Position numbers and translations under genes: made by a program
Notes under the pieces: model-generated
What the model was told of the DNA's origin: nothing
What the model saw: only the letters and a program-made list of their open reading frames with translations
Database searches by the model: none
DNA from: an uncultured Acidobacteriota bacterium
Lineage (GTDB): Bacteria; Acidobacteriota; Vicinamibacteria; Vicinamibacterales; 2-12-FULL-66-21
DNA: 64,000 bases
Assembly: GCA_963797625.1 (NCBI GenBank)
Contig: CAWCQI010000027.1
Coordinates: forward strand, 192,774 to 256,773
Direction of reading: 5' to 3'
Part shown: positions 16,927-27,932 of the stretch, piece after piece
Position numbering within the stretch: the stretch's first letter is position 1
Layout: the number at the start of each line of letters is the position of its first letter

Positions 16927-17634
16927 ATGAGTCACACGGAGGACCAGAGCGGTCGGCGAGCCATCGTGCTGCTCAGCGGCGGCCTCGACTCGTTCACTGC
17001 CGCGGCGATGACGAAGTCCGAGGGCTATGAACTCTACGCCCTCAGCATCCGCTACGGCCAGATCCATGCGCGCGAGATTGAGGCGGCGCGCGCGGCGGCA
17101 CGCGCGCTCGGCGTCGCCCGGCATCTCGAGCTCGCGGTCGACCTCGCGGCGTTCGGTGGCTCGGCTCTCGTCGGTGACGGCACGATTCCGAAGGATCGCG
17201 CGCTCGAGAGCGATCACAGCATCCCGTCGACCTACGTGCCCGCGCGCAACACTGTCTTTCTCTCGCTAGCGCTCGCCTGGGCCGAGGTCGTCGGCGCAAC
17301 CGCCATCGTCATCGGCGTGAACGCGCTCGATTATTCGGGGTATCCAGACTGCCGGCCTGAGTACCTCGAGGCCTTCGAGCGCATGGCCGCACTCGCCACC
17401 AAGGCCGGCGTCGAAGGCCGGCCGCTGCAGATCCTGGCGCCACTCCTGCGTCTGTCGAAGGCCGACATCATCCGACGCGGTCTCGCGCTCGGGCTCGATT
17501 ACGCGGTCACCCACAGTTGCTACGACCCGGCGCCGTCTGGCGCGCCCTGCGGCCGTTGTGACAGTTGCCGCCTGCGAGCGAAGGGATTCGCAGAAGCCGG
17601 TGTCGCCGACCCGGTGATCGGGGGACATTCGTGA
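16927..17634 (+). CDS. queC: 7-cyano-7-deazaguanine synthase
   Basis: PP-loop [11 protein letters not shown]; C-terminal zinc cysteines [14 protein letters not shown]. Confidence 0.9.
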   Translation: MSHTEDQSGRRAIVLLSGGLDSFTAAAMTKSEGYELYALSIRYGQIHAREIEAARAAARALGVARHLELAVDLAAFGGSALVGDGTIPKDRALESDHSIPSTYVPARNTVFLSLALAWAEVVGATAIVIGVNALDYSGYPDCRPEYLEAFERMAALATKAGVEGRPLQILAPLLRLSKADIIRRGLALGLDYAVTHSCYDPAPSGAPCGRCDSCRLRAKGFAEAGVADPVIGGHS

Positions 17635-18833
17635 CCGAACGCCTCTACTATCACGACGCCTACGCCCGCGAGTTCGATGCTGCGGTGGTCGGCGTTGACG
17701 CAGTGTCGGAGCGTCCGGGCCAGTTCGCAGCCGTCCTCGACCGCACCGCGTTCTATCCGACCTCCGGTGGCCAGCCATTCGATACCGGCATCCTCGGCGC
17801 CGCTCGCGTCGTCGACGTGATCGATGGCGACGACGGCCGGATTCTGCACCTGGTGGAGGGTCCAATCGAGCTCGGCCCGACGCGGGGCGTGATCGACTGG
17901 CCGCGACGATTCGAGCATATGCAGCAGCACACCGGTCAACACGTGCTTTCAGCGGCCTTCGACCGGTTGCTCAACGTGTCAACGGTCAGCTTCCATCTCG
18001 GCTCGACCGCCTCAACCATCGATCTGGCACGCGAGGTCACGCCGGCGGAGATTGCCCGAGCCGAGGACGAGGCCAATCGCGTTGTCTGGGAGAACCGGCC
18101 GGTCACGATTCGATTTGCGGACGCGGATGAGGTCGCGGCGCTGCCGCTGCGAAAGGAATCGAAACGGGAAGGCGTCTTGCGGCTGGTTGACGTCGAGGAC
18201 TTCGACGTGTCGGCGTGTGGCGGGACGCACGTCGCGCGCACGGGTGCAATCGGCATCATCGCGGTCGCCGCGTTCGAGAAGTTCAAGGGTGGGACCCGAC
18301 TCGAGTTTCTGTGCGGTGGGCGCGCCCTGGCCGGCTATCACGGGCTCCGCGATACTGTCGCGGCGAGCGTTCGGCTCCTGTCGGTGCTGCCGGCCGAGTT
18401 GCCAGCGGCGATCGATCGCGGACAGACCGACGCCCGCGACCTCCGACGGCAGGTCAAGGATCTGCAGACACGGCTCGCTGGACACGAAGCCAACGCGCTC
18501 GCGGAGCGCGCGGAGCCGGTGGGGGCGGCCCGCGTGGTCCTCGCTGCGCTCGAAGTTGGCGACGGGTGGGATGCCAACGGTCTCAAGTCCATTGCGACTG
18601 CGATTGCAGCTCGGCCGGGGCACGCCGCAGTCCTCATCAGCGTTCCCGAGCCGTCGGCGATCGTCATCGCACGGGCGCCGGATGTCGGGCTCGATAGCGC
18701 CACGGTCCTCAAGCAGTTGACGGCGATGTTCGGCGGGAAAGGTGGCGGCCGTCCGGAGCTCGCGCAGGGTGGCGGGCTAAAGGGCGACGCGAACGCGATC
18801 CTCGGCGCCGCGCGAACCGTTATTTCCGCGTGA
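17631..18833 (+). CDS. alaX: AlaX-L type alanyl-tRNA editing protein (tRNA_SAD + DHHA1)
   Basis: HTGQHVLS and CGGTHV zinc motifs; C-terminal [18 protein letters not shown] start in a GTGA overlap with the queC stop. Confidence 0.75.
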   Translation: MTERLYYHDAYAREFDAAVVGVDAVSERPGQFAAVLDRTAFYPTSGGQPFDTGILGAARVVDVIDGDDGRILHLVEGPIELGPTRGVIDWPRRFEHMQQHTGQHVLSAAFDRLLNVSTVSFHLGSTASTIDLAREVTPAEIARAEDEANRVVWENRPVTIRFADADEVAALPLRKESKREGVLRLVDVEDFDVSACGGTHVARTGAIGIIAVAAFEKFKGGTRLEFLCGGRALAGYHGLRDTVAASVRLLSVLPAELPAAIDRGQTDARDLRRQVKDLQTRLAGHEANALAERAEPVGAARVVLAALEVGDGWDANGLKSIATAIAARPGHAAVLISVPEPSAIVIARAPDVGLDSATVLKQLTAMFGGKGGGRPELAQGGGLKGDANAILGAARTVISA

Positions 18834-18853
18834 AGTAAGATGGCCCCCAGCGG

Positions 18854-20254
18854 CTACTGCCGCGTGAAGTTAGCAAGGTGCTCGACCGCGAGGTCGGTGA
18901 TCCAGTTCACCGTCGCCGCCGGAATGACGAAGTCGTTGGCGAGAATCGAGAAGACCAGCATCTCGCCATCGCGCGTCCGCACGTAGCCGGACAGCGCCCG
19001 CACGTTCGAGATCGACCCTGTCTTGGCGGCCGCGTTCCCCGCCGCGCGCGTCCGCCGCATGCGCGTCGCCATCGTGCCTTCGCCTTCCTTGCCGGCGATC
19101 GGCAGCGTCGCGATGAAAGGAGCGCGGTGGCGATCGTCCTTGTAGATGCGCTCGAGGATGGCAGTCACGGTCGAGGCCGCAAGGTAGTTGTAGCGTGAGA
19201 GCCCCGAGCCGTCGGCGTTCACGTAGCTGTCGGTAGGTATTCCCCAGGACGTGAGCGTGGCGCGGACCGCGTTCAGCCCGCCGTCGAAAGTCCCGAGGCC
19301 GTCTCTCGCTCCGCCGATCGCCTTGATGAGCGTTTCGGCGTAGAGGTTCTGACTGACTTTCATGAGGACGGTCGCGATCTGGCGTAGCGGGGGCGAGCTG
19401 GTCGTGACGATCGTGCGCCGTTCGGCGGTCGATTGCGAAAGCTCCGCGGCGACGTCGTCCTGGTCGACCGCACTGCCGGTGACCGCAATCCCTCGAGCGA
19501 TCAATCCATCCTTGAGCGACTGAGCGAAAAAGATCGTCGGGTTGACGACCGCCACTGCGCGCTCGAGCGTGGCAGAGTCCGCGCCGATCGAGCCCGTGAC
19601 CTCGAGCACCGGCTGGTCGAGCCGGCGGCGGTAGTCGATGCTGGGAGTGGCGCCGCTTGCGACCGTGGCGACGCGGTTGATGAGCGTGAAACCGGCGCCG
19701 GGAGTCAGCATCACCTGAGCAGGCTGGCCGGCCACCGCCGGGCGGATCGTCAGGGTCGCGAGATTCTCGTTGAACTGCAGCGCGCCAACCGGTGCAGCGT
19801 AACCAAACTGCAGATAATCCCAGGCCCAGCCCGGCCCGATGCCCTCATCGTCAAAACGCTGGTCGTCACCGATTATTCGGCCGTCGATCTTCTGAATGCC
19901 GGCCGATCGCAGCGCCGCCACCCATTCATCGAGGACGGCAGCGGCGCGCTGGTCGCGCGAGTTGATGGTCGGATCGCCCCCGCCGCGCACGATCAGGTCG
20001 CCCATCAAGACGCCGTCCGTCACCGGCGCGGACGTCTCGAGTGTGGTCGTGAAGACGTAGTCCCAGCCGAGCGCGTCGGCGGCCGCCGCGAGCGTCAGGA
20101 TCTTCATGTTCGACGCCGGCATCATGAGCCGGCCGGCATTGAGCTCGAATAACGGCTCGCCGGTGTCGAGCGACCGGATGTCGACGCCCCATACGCCACG
20201 CGCCATGATCGGGGCGGTGAAGACCAGCGTCAGATCCGCACGAAGTCGTGCCAC
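18854..20254 (-). CDS. dacB: D-alanyl-D-alanine carboxypeptidase/endopeptidase (PBP4, S13 family); true 5' end probably upstream (~20370)
   Basis: SxxK motif ASNMKILT and the typical PBP4 body. In-frame upstream codons read RILTVTAAWVAISLSAGC (lipoprotein signal + lipobox), but no canonical start codon is visible. Confidence 0.8.
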   Translation of the reverse strand: MARLRADLTLVFTAPIMARGVWGVDIRSLDTGEPLFELNAGRLMMPASNMKILTLAAAADALGWDYVFTTTLETSAPVTDGVLMGDLIVRGGGDPTINSRDQRAAAVLDEWVAALRSAGIQKIDGRIIGDDQRFDDEGIGPGWAWDYLQFGYAAPVGALQFNENLATLTIRPAVAGQPAQVMLTPGAGFTLINRVATVASGATPSIDYRRRLDQPVLEVTGSIGADSATLERAVAVVNPTIFFAQSLKDGLIARGIAVTGSAVDQDDVAAELSQSTAERRTIVTTSSPPLRQIATVLMKVSQNLYAETLIKAIGGARDGLGTFDGGLNAVRATLTSWGIPTDSYVNADGSGLSRYNYLAASTVTAILERIYKDDRHRAPFIATLPIAGKEGEGTMATRMRRTRAAGNAAAKTGSISNVRALSGYVRTRDGEMLVFSILANDFVIPAATVNWITDLAVEHLANFTRQ

Positions 20255-20423
20255 CGCAGCCGAGGCTTTGGGTGCCTCGGGAGAGGAAGTCGGAGGTGTG
20301 GCACCAGCGGGAAGCGAAGCAACCGGCGCTGTCGCGCAGCCAGCCGAGAGCGAGATAGCGACCCACGCGGCCGTGACTGTCAGAATCCGCGTTGTCGTGG
20401 TGGGCCGGTGCGTCGTGAATGTC

Positions 20424-20458
20424 TCCGTCTGGTCCGTGTTATCCGTGTTATCCGCGGC
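20424..20458 (-). repeat. CACGGATAA-type 9-mers (sense on minus strand) between the DUF4340 gene and dacB
   Basis: The minus strand reads cggataacacggataacacggaccagacgga. Confidence 0.75.
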
Positions 20459-20485
20459 TCGTGAGCCTCGGTGTTGCTGGTGGTT

Positions 20486-21820
20486 CTACTTGATGCCGTC
20501 GAGCGACTTGACGATGTTGTCGATCGTGGCGACATCGACTTTTGCGGCGCCTGGCTCGCTGTCGCGGCTTGCGTAACCGTCGGCGCCGCTGCGAGCAAAA
20601 CTGACCTTCTCGACACGCTTGCCCTCATCCGACGTGAATGTGATTGAAAGTTCCGGCTTGTCCAGCCCGGTCTTGGCCGCGCCCTCGACGAAGCTGGTCG
20701 CGCGCGCCGCGGTGATCGCCGAGATCAGGTTGTCGACAGTGGACTGGTCGACGTCTTTCGCCGCCGGCGCCGTCTGCTTCCACTTCTCTTCGTCCTGGCC
20801 TTCCTTGTTCTTCGTTTTGGTTTTCTCGAACGTCGAGGTCTGGCCGCCGCGCGTCACCTCGAGGCGAGTCGCATTGAAGGCGCGGCCGTCGAAGAGATCC
20901 TTTTGCCGATACTCGCCGGTGTCCTTGCTGGCATCATCGGCCAGGGTCGATTCGATCGTGATGATCGCCGGCCGCGATTGATCCTTGGCGTAGACGACGC
21001 CTTCCCCGGCGCTCTTGCCGAGGAGGAGCGTCGCCTGTGAGGAGCCTGATCCGAGCTGAATCGTGGTGGCGGGCTTGTCGAGCCCGTATTCGCCGAGCGC
21101 TGTCGCCTGCGGCGCGACGATCGATTTGGTCTGAAGCGTGCTGAGGCGGCTGACGAGACCATCCACGGTCGTGAAATCCGCGCGTCCCTTCACGGGCAAA
21201 GCCATCTTCCACTCGCCATCGGCCTTGGTGAATTGCAGGACGCGTTTCGGCGACGTGATCGAGAGGGTGTCGATCTTGTCGCGCTCGACCTTGAGGACGG
21301 TCTTGTCACGCAGGTCGAAGGTGGTCTTGTTGAACGTCGCGTCGACGAAGCTGGGGATCAGGAACACGCGCTTCTGATCGGCGATCTTCGCGTACAAGTC
21401 AGTCGCCGCGGGGGTCTTGCGGCCAATTTGGAGCCGCTGCTCCTTGCCGGCGGCCTTGAAGGTGACCTCGATGCGCGGCTGCGTCAGACCGTACTCCGCG
21501 ACGTCCTGCGGGTTGTCGTCGATGACCCGCTGGAGCTCGAGCGTGGAGAGGTTGCTCGTCAACCCCGACACCGCGGCGCTGTCGGTCGGTGCGGTCACGG
21601 GTTCGACGATTTGCCAATCGGTGCCGGTCTTCTTGAGCGTCGTGCGCTCGCCGGACTCCGACTTGATGGTCATCTCGTCGATCTTGTCCGCCTCGACGGT
21701 AAAGACCTTCTCTTTCTTTTCCGCGTCCGACGGGTCGCGCTTCGACTCGACGAAATACAGATAGGCGCCGAGGCCGGCGGCCACGACGAACAGGAGCAGA
21801 AACGATCGGATGCCCCGCAT
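20486..21820 (-). CDS. DUF4340-like protein (last gene of the GldA/F/G-like operon)
   Basis: Starts at MRGIRSFLLLFVVAAGLGAYLYF (ATG 21820), 2 nt after the GldG-like TAA. It is the C-terminal 444 aa of the artefactual 971-aa ORF. Confidence 0.65.
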   Translation of the reverse strand: MRGIRSFLLLFVVAAGLGAYLYFVESKRDPSDAEKKEKVFTVEADKIDEMTIKSESGERTTLKKTGTDWQIVEPVTAPTDSAAVSGLTSNLSTLELQRVIDDNPQDVAEYGLTQPRIEVTFKAAGKEQRLQIGRKTPAATDLYAKIADQKRVFLIPSFVDATFNKTTFDLRDKTVLKVERDKIDTLSITSPKRVLQFTKADGEWKMALPVKGRADFTTVDGLVSRLSTLQTKSIVAPQATALGEYGLDKPATTIQLGSGSSQATLLLGKSAGEGVVYAKDQSRPAIITIESTLADDASKDTGEYRQKDLFDGRAFNATRLEVTRGGQTSTFEKTKTKNKEGQDEEKWKQTAPAAKDVDQSTVDNLISAITAARATSFVEGAAKTGLDKPELSITFTSDEGKRVEKVSFARSGADGYASRDSEPGAAKVDVATIDNIVKSLDGIK

Positions 21821-21822
21821 CG

Positions 21823-23401
21823 TTAACGCCTCCGCCACCAGGTCTGAATGCCGGCGAGGAAGATCAGCCCGGGCAGAATCGCAATCGTGAACCAGAAGAT
21901 CATCCGGTCCTGGCCGGCCGTCATCGTGATGCGACGATCCTCGGGGTTGCGCGGCCGAACCGAAATCAGGTTCTCCTGCTGCGCCAGCCAGTTGACCATG
22001 TTGAGGAACATGTCCTGGTTGCCGGGGATTCCCGCGACCGAGTTTGCGGCGAAATCGGAGTCGCCGACGACGACCAGGCGCGTCTCGGGCTTGTTCGGAT
22101 TGGCATCCGGCCCGTCGTGCCGGAGGAGGCGGGGTCGCGCCTTCGACCGGCGCGCTGACCGCGACGGCGAGCGAAATTGGTCCCTGGACGTCGCCCTGGT
22201 CGAAGTTCGGCTCGGCGCTGCCCTCAGTCGTCATTCGTTTCAGATCGCTTTCGGCCCAGCTGTTTCGGCCGCTCATGACAATCGACGTCGCCGTGCGTCC
22301 CGCCGGCGCGCCCTCGATCGGCTTGACCGAGCGGACGTACGGATAGGCGGTCAGCAGTCGGAACGTGCTCGTGATCGCGTGAAAGGGATACTGAGCGGCC
22401 ACCGGCACGTCAGCCTGAGTGCCGCGGAGCTGACTCATCGGATCGAGGACGGCATTTGTGCCAACGTCGACCGACCAATCCTTCAAGAGCGCGATCAGGT
22501 TGGTCATCGGCGGCGCATCGGCCTTCTGCGGCGGGTCGATGAGGACCATCAGCTTCCCGCCCTTCGCCAGGTACGCCTTGAGCTTGGCAACCTCGGGCTC
22601 GAGGAGGTCGGACTTGGGGCCGGCGACGACGACGACGGCGGCGTCGGCAGGAATGTCCTGCTGGAGCAGCACCAATGGCTCGGTGACGAAGTTGTCCGAC
22701 TTCAGCGCTCCGGCAATTCCACTGTAACCACCGCCGTCCGATCCCGCGATGTCACGCTCGCCGTGGCCGGTGACGAAATACACCTTGGGCTGCTGGCCCT
22801 GGACGACTTTGATCAGCCCGTTGGTGAGGTCCTGTTCGGCATCCGAGGTCACGCGCTGCACGCGCCCGTCGTACTCGAGGACGATCGTTCCGAGGGCGTT
22901 CTCCTTGAGCCGCTCGGCCAGCGACGGGCGTTTCTCCGGATCGACGTACTCGACCTGCAGCTGCTTGGTTTGATACTGGTATTCCTCGAGGCGCGATCGG
23001 AATCGCTCGAAGTCGTCGGTGCGCGCGAAGACCGTCACCTTGACCGGTTTGGTCAGCCCCTGCAGGACCTTCTTGGTCTGATCCGACAGCGTGTACTGGC
23101 TCGCGGCGGTCAGGTCCCAGCGCTTGTTGTGGCGCTCGGCGAGGTAATTGATGGCGGCCAGGATGGCCAGGACGATGAGGACGCTCGCGCCCGCGAGCGT
23201 GCCGTACCGCGCCTGCCTGCCTGAAAAGTCACGCGCGATCTCGCGCCACTGGCTCAGCACGTAGAGCAGGACGCAGACCAGGCCGGCGATGGAGAGGCCT
23301 CTCCACCATCCCCATTCGGGCCGCAGGTTCGACACCGCGACCGAGGCGAACACGAGTATGACGCCCAGCCATCCCAAGAGTCCGAGAAGTCGTTTCAACA
23401 T
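21823..23401 (-). CDS. GldG-like ABC-transporter auxiliary component; +1 frameshift ~22117
   Basis: N-terminal TM helices. Body runs to ..VSAPVEGATPPPPA, then the frame of ORF 21823-22011 gives DGPDANPNKPETRLVVVGDSDFAANSVAGIPGNQDMFLNMVNWL..C-terminal TM..WWRRR*. Confidence 0.75.
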
Positions 23402-23419
23402 GATGTCGTTTTGGTCCGC

Positions 23420-24193
23420 TTATCCGCGCCAGCGTTCGGAGTCGACCGACTTGGCAGTCAGAAACAGGCCGAACGTGATGAAGCTCAGGTAGTAGACGAT
23501 GTGTTTCGTGTCGATGATGCCCTTGGTGAAATCGTCGAGGTGCTCGGTAATCGACAGGAAGCCGACGATCACGCGTCCGGTCGGCCCGACCGAATCGGCA
23601 AACCAGTTGATGATCCAGAGCATCAGGAACACCGCGAAGGTCATCACTCCGGCGACGATTTGATTCTTGGTCAGGCTCGAGAGAAACAGCCCGACCGACA
23701 GGAAACAGCCGCCGAGGAGGAGCAGTCCGAGATAGCCGGCAAGCACAGGCTTGAGCTCGGGGTTGCCCAGCCTGAACAGGATGGCGATATCGATCGCGGT
23801 GACGAGCAGCATCGCTCCAAACAGGCCCATCGCGCCGAGGAACTTGCCGACGATGATCTGGACGTCGGTGATCGGTGAGGTCAGCAGCAGCTCCATCGTG
23901 CCCGATCGTTTCTCTTCGGCGTAGGTCCGCATCGTGACGAGCGGCATGACGAAGAGAATGATGATGGCGACGTTGTGCAGCACGCCGCGAATCAGGTACT
24001 CGTTCACGTTGATATTTCCGCCGCCCCCCATCGCCATGCGCTGGCTTTGATCGGCAAAGCCCGTCAAGTAGACGCGGAAGAACGCGCCGAAGAGCAGCGC
24101 GAACAGCCCGACGAGGATATAGCCCATCGGCGAGGCAAAGTACCCGCGCAGCTCCTTGCCCGCGATGGCCAGAATGTTACGAACGCTCGTCAC
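23420..24193 (-). CDS. ABC-2 type transporter permease (GldF-like)
   Basis: 257 aa with about 6 TM helices. N-terminus NILAIAGKELRGYFASPMGYILVGLF is typical of the family. Confidence 0.8.
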   Translation of the reverse strand: MTSVRNILAIAGKELRGYFASPMGYILVGLFALLFGAFFRVYLTGFADQSQRMAMGGGGNINVNEYLIRGVLHNVAIIILFVMPLVTMRTYAEEKRSGTMELLLTSPITDVQIIVGKFLGAMGLFGAMLLVTAIDIAILFRLGNPELKPVLAGYLGLLLLGGCFLSVGLFLSSLTKNQIVAGVMTFAVFLMLWIINWFADSVGPTGRVIVGFLSITEHLDDFTKGIIDTKHIVYYLSFITFGLFLTAKSVDSERWRG

Positions 24194-25178
24194 GCGGCGC
24201 CTCCTGGATACGGGTCATATCGTCTGTTGCTGCGATCGCCGGCGCGGCGGGGTCGGGCGCACTTTCGTCGGTCGTCACCTGGAGGAAGACCTCCTCGAGG
24301 CTCATCCGCATCGGCCGAAGCTCCAGCAGTCCCCACCCCTTGTTGACGACGGTCTTCGCGAGCTCGCGCCGCACGTCCGTTCCGCGCTCGCTCTCGACTT
24401 CGAAGCCGCCGTCCGACTCGACCACGCGCGACACGCCGGGGATGGCGGCAAGCGCCGGTCCCGGCTCCGCGCCGGCCGCGTCAATCTGGATGTACATCGT
24501 TTCAGAGCCGGTCAGCCGCGCGGTCAGGTTCTCGGGCGTGTCGACGGCGACGACCCGGCCCTTGTTGATGATGACGACCCGCTGGCAGGTCTGGGCGACT
24601 TCGGGAAGGATGTGCGTGCTCAGGACGATCGTGTGGCTGCCGGCCAGGCTGCGAATGAGCTGCCGGGTCTCGATGATCTGCTTGGGGTCGAGGCCGGCGG
24701 TCGGTTCGTCGAGGATCAGGACCTCGGGATTGTGAATCAAAGCCTGCGCAAGGCCAACGCGCTGCCTGTATCCCTTGGAAAGCTTCGAGCAATGCCGGTC
24801 AGCCATGTCGCTGACATGGGTCTGCTTCATCACGCCCGTCACACGCGACTTGCGTTCCCCCGGCGGGACGCCTTTGATGCGCGCGACGAAATCGAGGTAC
24901 TCGCGGACCGTCATGTCGGGATAGAGGGGTGGGGATTCCGGCAAGTAGCCGGTGCGGCGCTTCGCGTCGAGCGGGTGCTCGAACACATCGAAGCCCGCGA
25001 CCATGGCTTTTCCTTCCGACGCCGGCATATAGCCGGTGAGAATGCGCATGGTTGTGGTCTTGCCAGCGCCGTTCGGGCCGAGAAAGCCGAGAATCTCGCC
25101 TCGTTCTACCTTGAAACTGACATCGTCGACGGCGGTCACGCGACCGTACCGCTTCGAGACGTGTTGGACCTCAATCAC
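24177..25178 (-). CDS. ABC transporter ATP-binding protein (GldA-like)
   Basis: Walker A GPNGAGKTT, signature LSKGYRQRV, Walker B ILDEPTAGLD. Confidence 0.9.
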   Translation of the reverse strand: MIEVQHVSKRYGRVTAVDDVSFKVERGEILGFLGPNGAGKTTTMRILTGYMPASEGKAMVAGFDVFEHPLDAKRRTGYLPESPPLYPDMTVREYLDFVARIKGVPPGERKSRVTGVMKQTHVSDMADRHCSKLSKGYRQRVGLAQALIHNPEVLILDEPTAGLDPKQIIETRQLIRSLAGSHTIVLSTHILPEVAQTCQRVVIINKGRVVAVDTPENLTARLTGSETMYIQIDAAGAEPGPALAAIPGVSRVVESDGGFEVESERGTDVRRELAKTVVNKGWGLLELRPMRMSLEEVFLQVTTDESAPDPAAPAIAATDDMTRIQEAPRDERS

Positions 25179-25325
25179 AGACTGCTCCAGCGTAGGGGGA
25201 CCGGGGCCGTAGAGCTCGCCGCCCTGGTCGCCTTTCGTAACATGTAGTTAGAGAGCCGATTACTGACCGATCCTTGGGATCCTACAGACACGCGGAAAAA
25301 CGTGTCAAGAAGTGCGCTACAGTAT

Positions 25326-25353
25326 ATATGAGCATCTGTTCAGATATTCATAT
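25326..25353. promoter_or_regulatory. 28-nt imperfect palindrome, candidate ArsR/SmtB operator
   Basis: ATATGAGCATCTGT|TCAGATATTCATAT matches at 11 of 14 positions per half-site. It sits in the AT-rich divergent region ~120 nt upstream of the ArsR-type gene. Confidence 0.5.
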
Positions 25354-25472
25354 GTTGCGCACCCTCAAAAGAACACCGGCCGTCGTCCCCTTCAGACTCC
25401 CCGAGAGCGGTCCCGGTTGCAGAAGAGCCCTGCAGCGCGCCGCATCTCGGGGGGAGCGAGGCGCGGCGACGC

Positions 25473-25760
25473 TTGCTGATGTCAGCTGGGGCGGTCGAGG
25501 CGCTGGCCGAGACGTTTCGCGTCCTCGGCGACCCGACGCGAGTCCGGATCCTCGACGCGCTGTCGGGTGGCGAGTTATGCGTCTGCGACATCGCGTCGCT
25601 TGCAGGGATCAGCGAGTCGGCGGTGTCGCACCAGCTGCGACTCCTGCGCGGTATGCGGCTCGTCCGTTACCGCCGTTCCGGGCGGCTGGTCTTCTACGCG
25701 CTCGACGACCACCACATCATCGAGCTGCTGAGACAAGGGCTGACGCACGTCGAGGAGTAG
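25473..25760 (+). CDS. ArsR/SmtB-family metal-responsive repressor
   Basis: GDPTRVRILDAL, ELCVCDIA (alpha3 site), HQLRLLR recognition helix, LDDHHIIELL (alpha5-type site). Confidence 0.85.
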   Translation: MLMSAGAVEALAETFRVLGDPTRVRILDALSGGELCVCDIASLAGISESAVSHQLRLLRGMRLVRYRRSGRLVFYALDDHHIIELLRQGLTHVEE

Positions 25761-25788
25761 CGGTTCGAGCGACGTAACGAAAGCGACT

Positions 25789-27922
25789 ATGGCTGACTGT
25801 CCTGTTTGCGAACTGCACGCCGAGTCGGTCTTCAGGATCGAGGGGATGGACTGTCATGAAGAGGTCGCCATCCTGGAGCACCGCCTGAAGACGCTCACCG
25901 GCCTCGAGATGTTCGATGCCGACGTGGTTGGCCAACGCCTTCGGATTCAGTACGACGCGGCGAAACTGACGACCTCGGGCATCGCCGAGGCGGTCGCGCA
26001 GACCGGGATGCGTGCCTGGCTGGAGCACGAAGAACCTCGTCCGGCGTCGTCGTCTATCTGGCGCGAGCGGCTGGTCCTCCTCTCGGGCGCCTTCCTCGCC
26101 TTCGGTCTGGTGACCCAGCTATCGAGTGCGCCGACGGTCACATGGCTGTGCTCGTACGTCGTCGCTGTTGGGTTGGCCGGCAGCCAAACGGCGCGGCGCG
26201 CCTGGATGTCGATTCGGGCCGGGCATCTCGATATTCACGTGCTGATGATGGTGGCTGTTGCCGGGGCGATCGCCCTCGGCGAATGGGCCGAGGGCGCATC
26301 AGTCGTGTTTCTCTTCGCGCTGGCGCAGATGCTCGAGGCACGCGCGATGGAACGGGCCCGCGGCGCGATTCGTGCGCTGATGGATCTCGCACCGGCTGAC
26401 GCGCTCGTCCGCCGGGCCGGTTCCGAGTTCATCGTTCCAGTCGACGAGATCGCTGTCGGCGATCTCGTGATCGTGCGTCCTGGCGAAAAGATTCCGCTGG
26501 ACGGGCTCGTCGACGCCGGCCAGAGCCACGTCAACCAGGCGCCGATCACCGGCGAATCACTGCCGGTCTTGAAAGAGCCGGGCGACGAAGTGTTCGGAGG
26601 AGCCATCAACGGTCGCGGCGCGCTCGAGGTGACCGTCACGCGCCTGCGCCGGGACTCGACCCTGGCCCGAATCATTCACCTCGTCGAGCGCGCTCAAGCG
26701 CAGCGCGCTCCGAGCCAGACGTTCGTCGATCGCTTCGCGCGCGTGTACACACCGATCGTGCTGGCGCTGGCGTGTGCGATCGCCCTCTTGCCGCCGCTCG
26801 TTCTTGGTGGAGGGGCCGGCGCCGACTGGAGCACATGGATCTATCGCTCGCTCGTACTGCTCGTCATCTCGTGCCCGTGCGCGCTCGTCATCTCCACGCC
26901 GGTCTCGATTGTGTCGGCGCTGGCGGCAGCGGCGCGCAAGGGGGTGCTCATCAAGGGTGGCGCACGTCTGGAGCGGCTGGCGGCCGTGCGCTGTATCGCG
27001 TTCGACAAGACCGGCACTTTGACAAGAGGACGCTTGCGCGTCACTGACGTCGTGCCGCTCAACGGCGCGTCGACGATCGAGATCCTCACGCTCGCGGCTT
27101 CCCTCGAATCGCGATCCGAACACCCAATTGCACAAGCGATCGTCGCGCGAGCGGTTGCCGACGATGTACCGCTGACCAGGGCTGATCGCGTCGAAGCGCT
27201 GCCCGGACTGGGGGCCGAGGGACGGGTCGCTGGTCGCACGGTCGTAGTCGGCAGTCATCGTCTGGTCGACGAGCGCGGGTGGGCCGGGACGACAGTCGAT
27301 CGCGCTACACAAGCCCTCGCTGCCCTCGGGAAAAGTACCGTCGTGGTCGCCGCCGATGGCGCGGCTATCGGCGTAATCGGTGTGGCTGATGAGATTCGCG
27401 CGAACGCGCGCGATACCGTGGGGATGCTGTGCGAGAACGGGATCGAGCACGTGGTGCTCCTGACGGGCGATCACGAGCTGGCGGCGCGTGCGCTTGCGGA
27501 CAACGTGGGGATCTCAGATTACCGGGCGGCGCTTTTACCGGAGCAGAAACTCGCCGCCGTCGAAGAACTCCAGCGCGCGTTTTGGCGCTCTCGCGATGGT
27601 GGGAGATGGCATCAACGACGCGCCGGCGCTCGCCGCCGCGGACGTCGGGATTGCGATGGGGGTGGCTGGTACGGACGCCGCGCTCGAAACGGCCGACGTT
27701 GCGCTCATGGCCGATGAGCTGGCGAAGATTCCCTACGCCCTCCGGCTCAGTCGCGCGACCGTCCGGAACATTCGCGTCAATGTCGGCTTCTCGCTCGCCC
27801 TCAAGGCGGCGTTCCTGGCGCTCGCGTTGACTGGCAACGCCACACTTTGGATGGCTGTCGTCGCCGACATGGGCGCGTCGCTCGTCGTGATTGGCAATGC
27901 GTTGCGGTTGCTTGCGGAATAG
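25789..27922 (+). CDS. P1B-type heavy-metal (Cd/Zn/Co-type) translocating ATPase; +1 frameshift ~27574
   Basis: N-terminal CPVC plus an HMA-like fold; [25 protein letters not shown]. After ..EELQR the frame of ORF 27488-27922 continues [18 protein letters not shown].. Confidence 0.85.
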
Positions 27923-27932
27923 CCTGAACCAT

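Noticed and set aside
20486-23401. 971-aa ORF that looks like one giant protein
   Set aside because: It is a GldG-like gene whose +1 frameshift (~22117) lets the wrong frame run through a ~100-codon Arg/Pro-rich junk segment into the next gene. That gene (DUF4340-like) has its own ATG at 21820. The true GldG C-terminus, with its TM helix and TAA, is in ORF 21823-22011.
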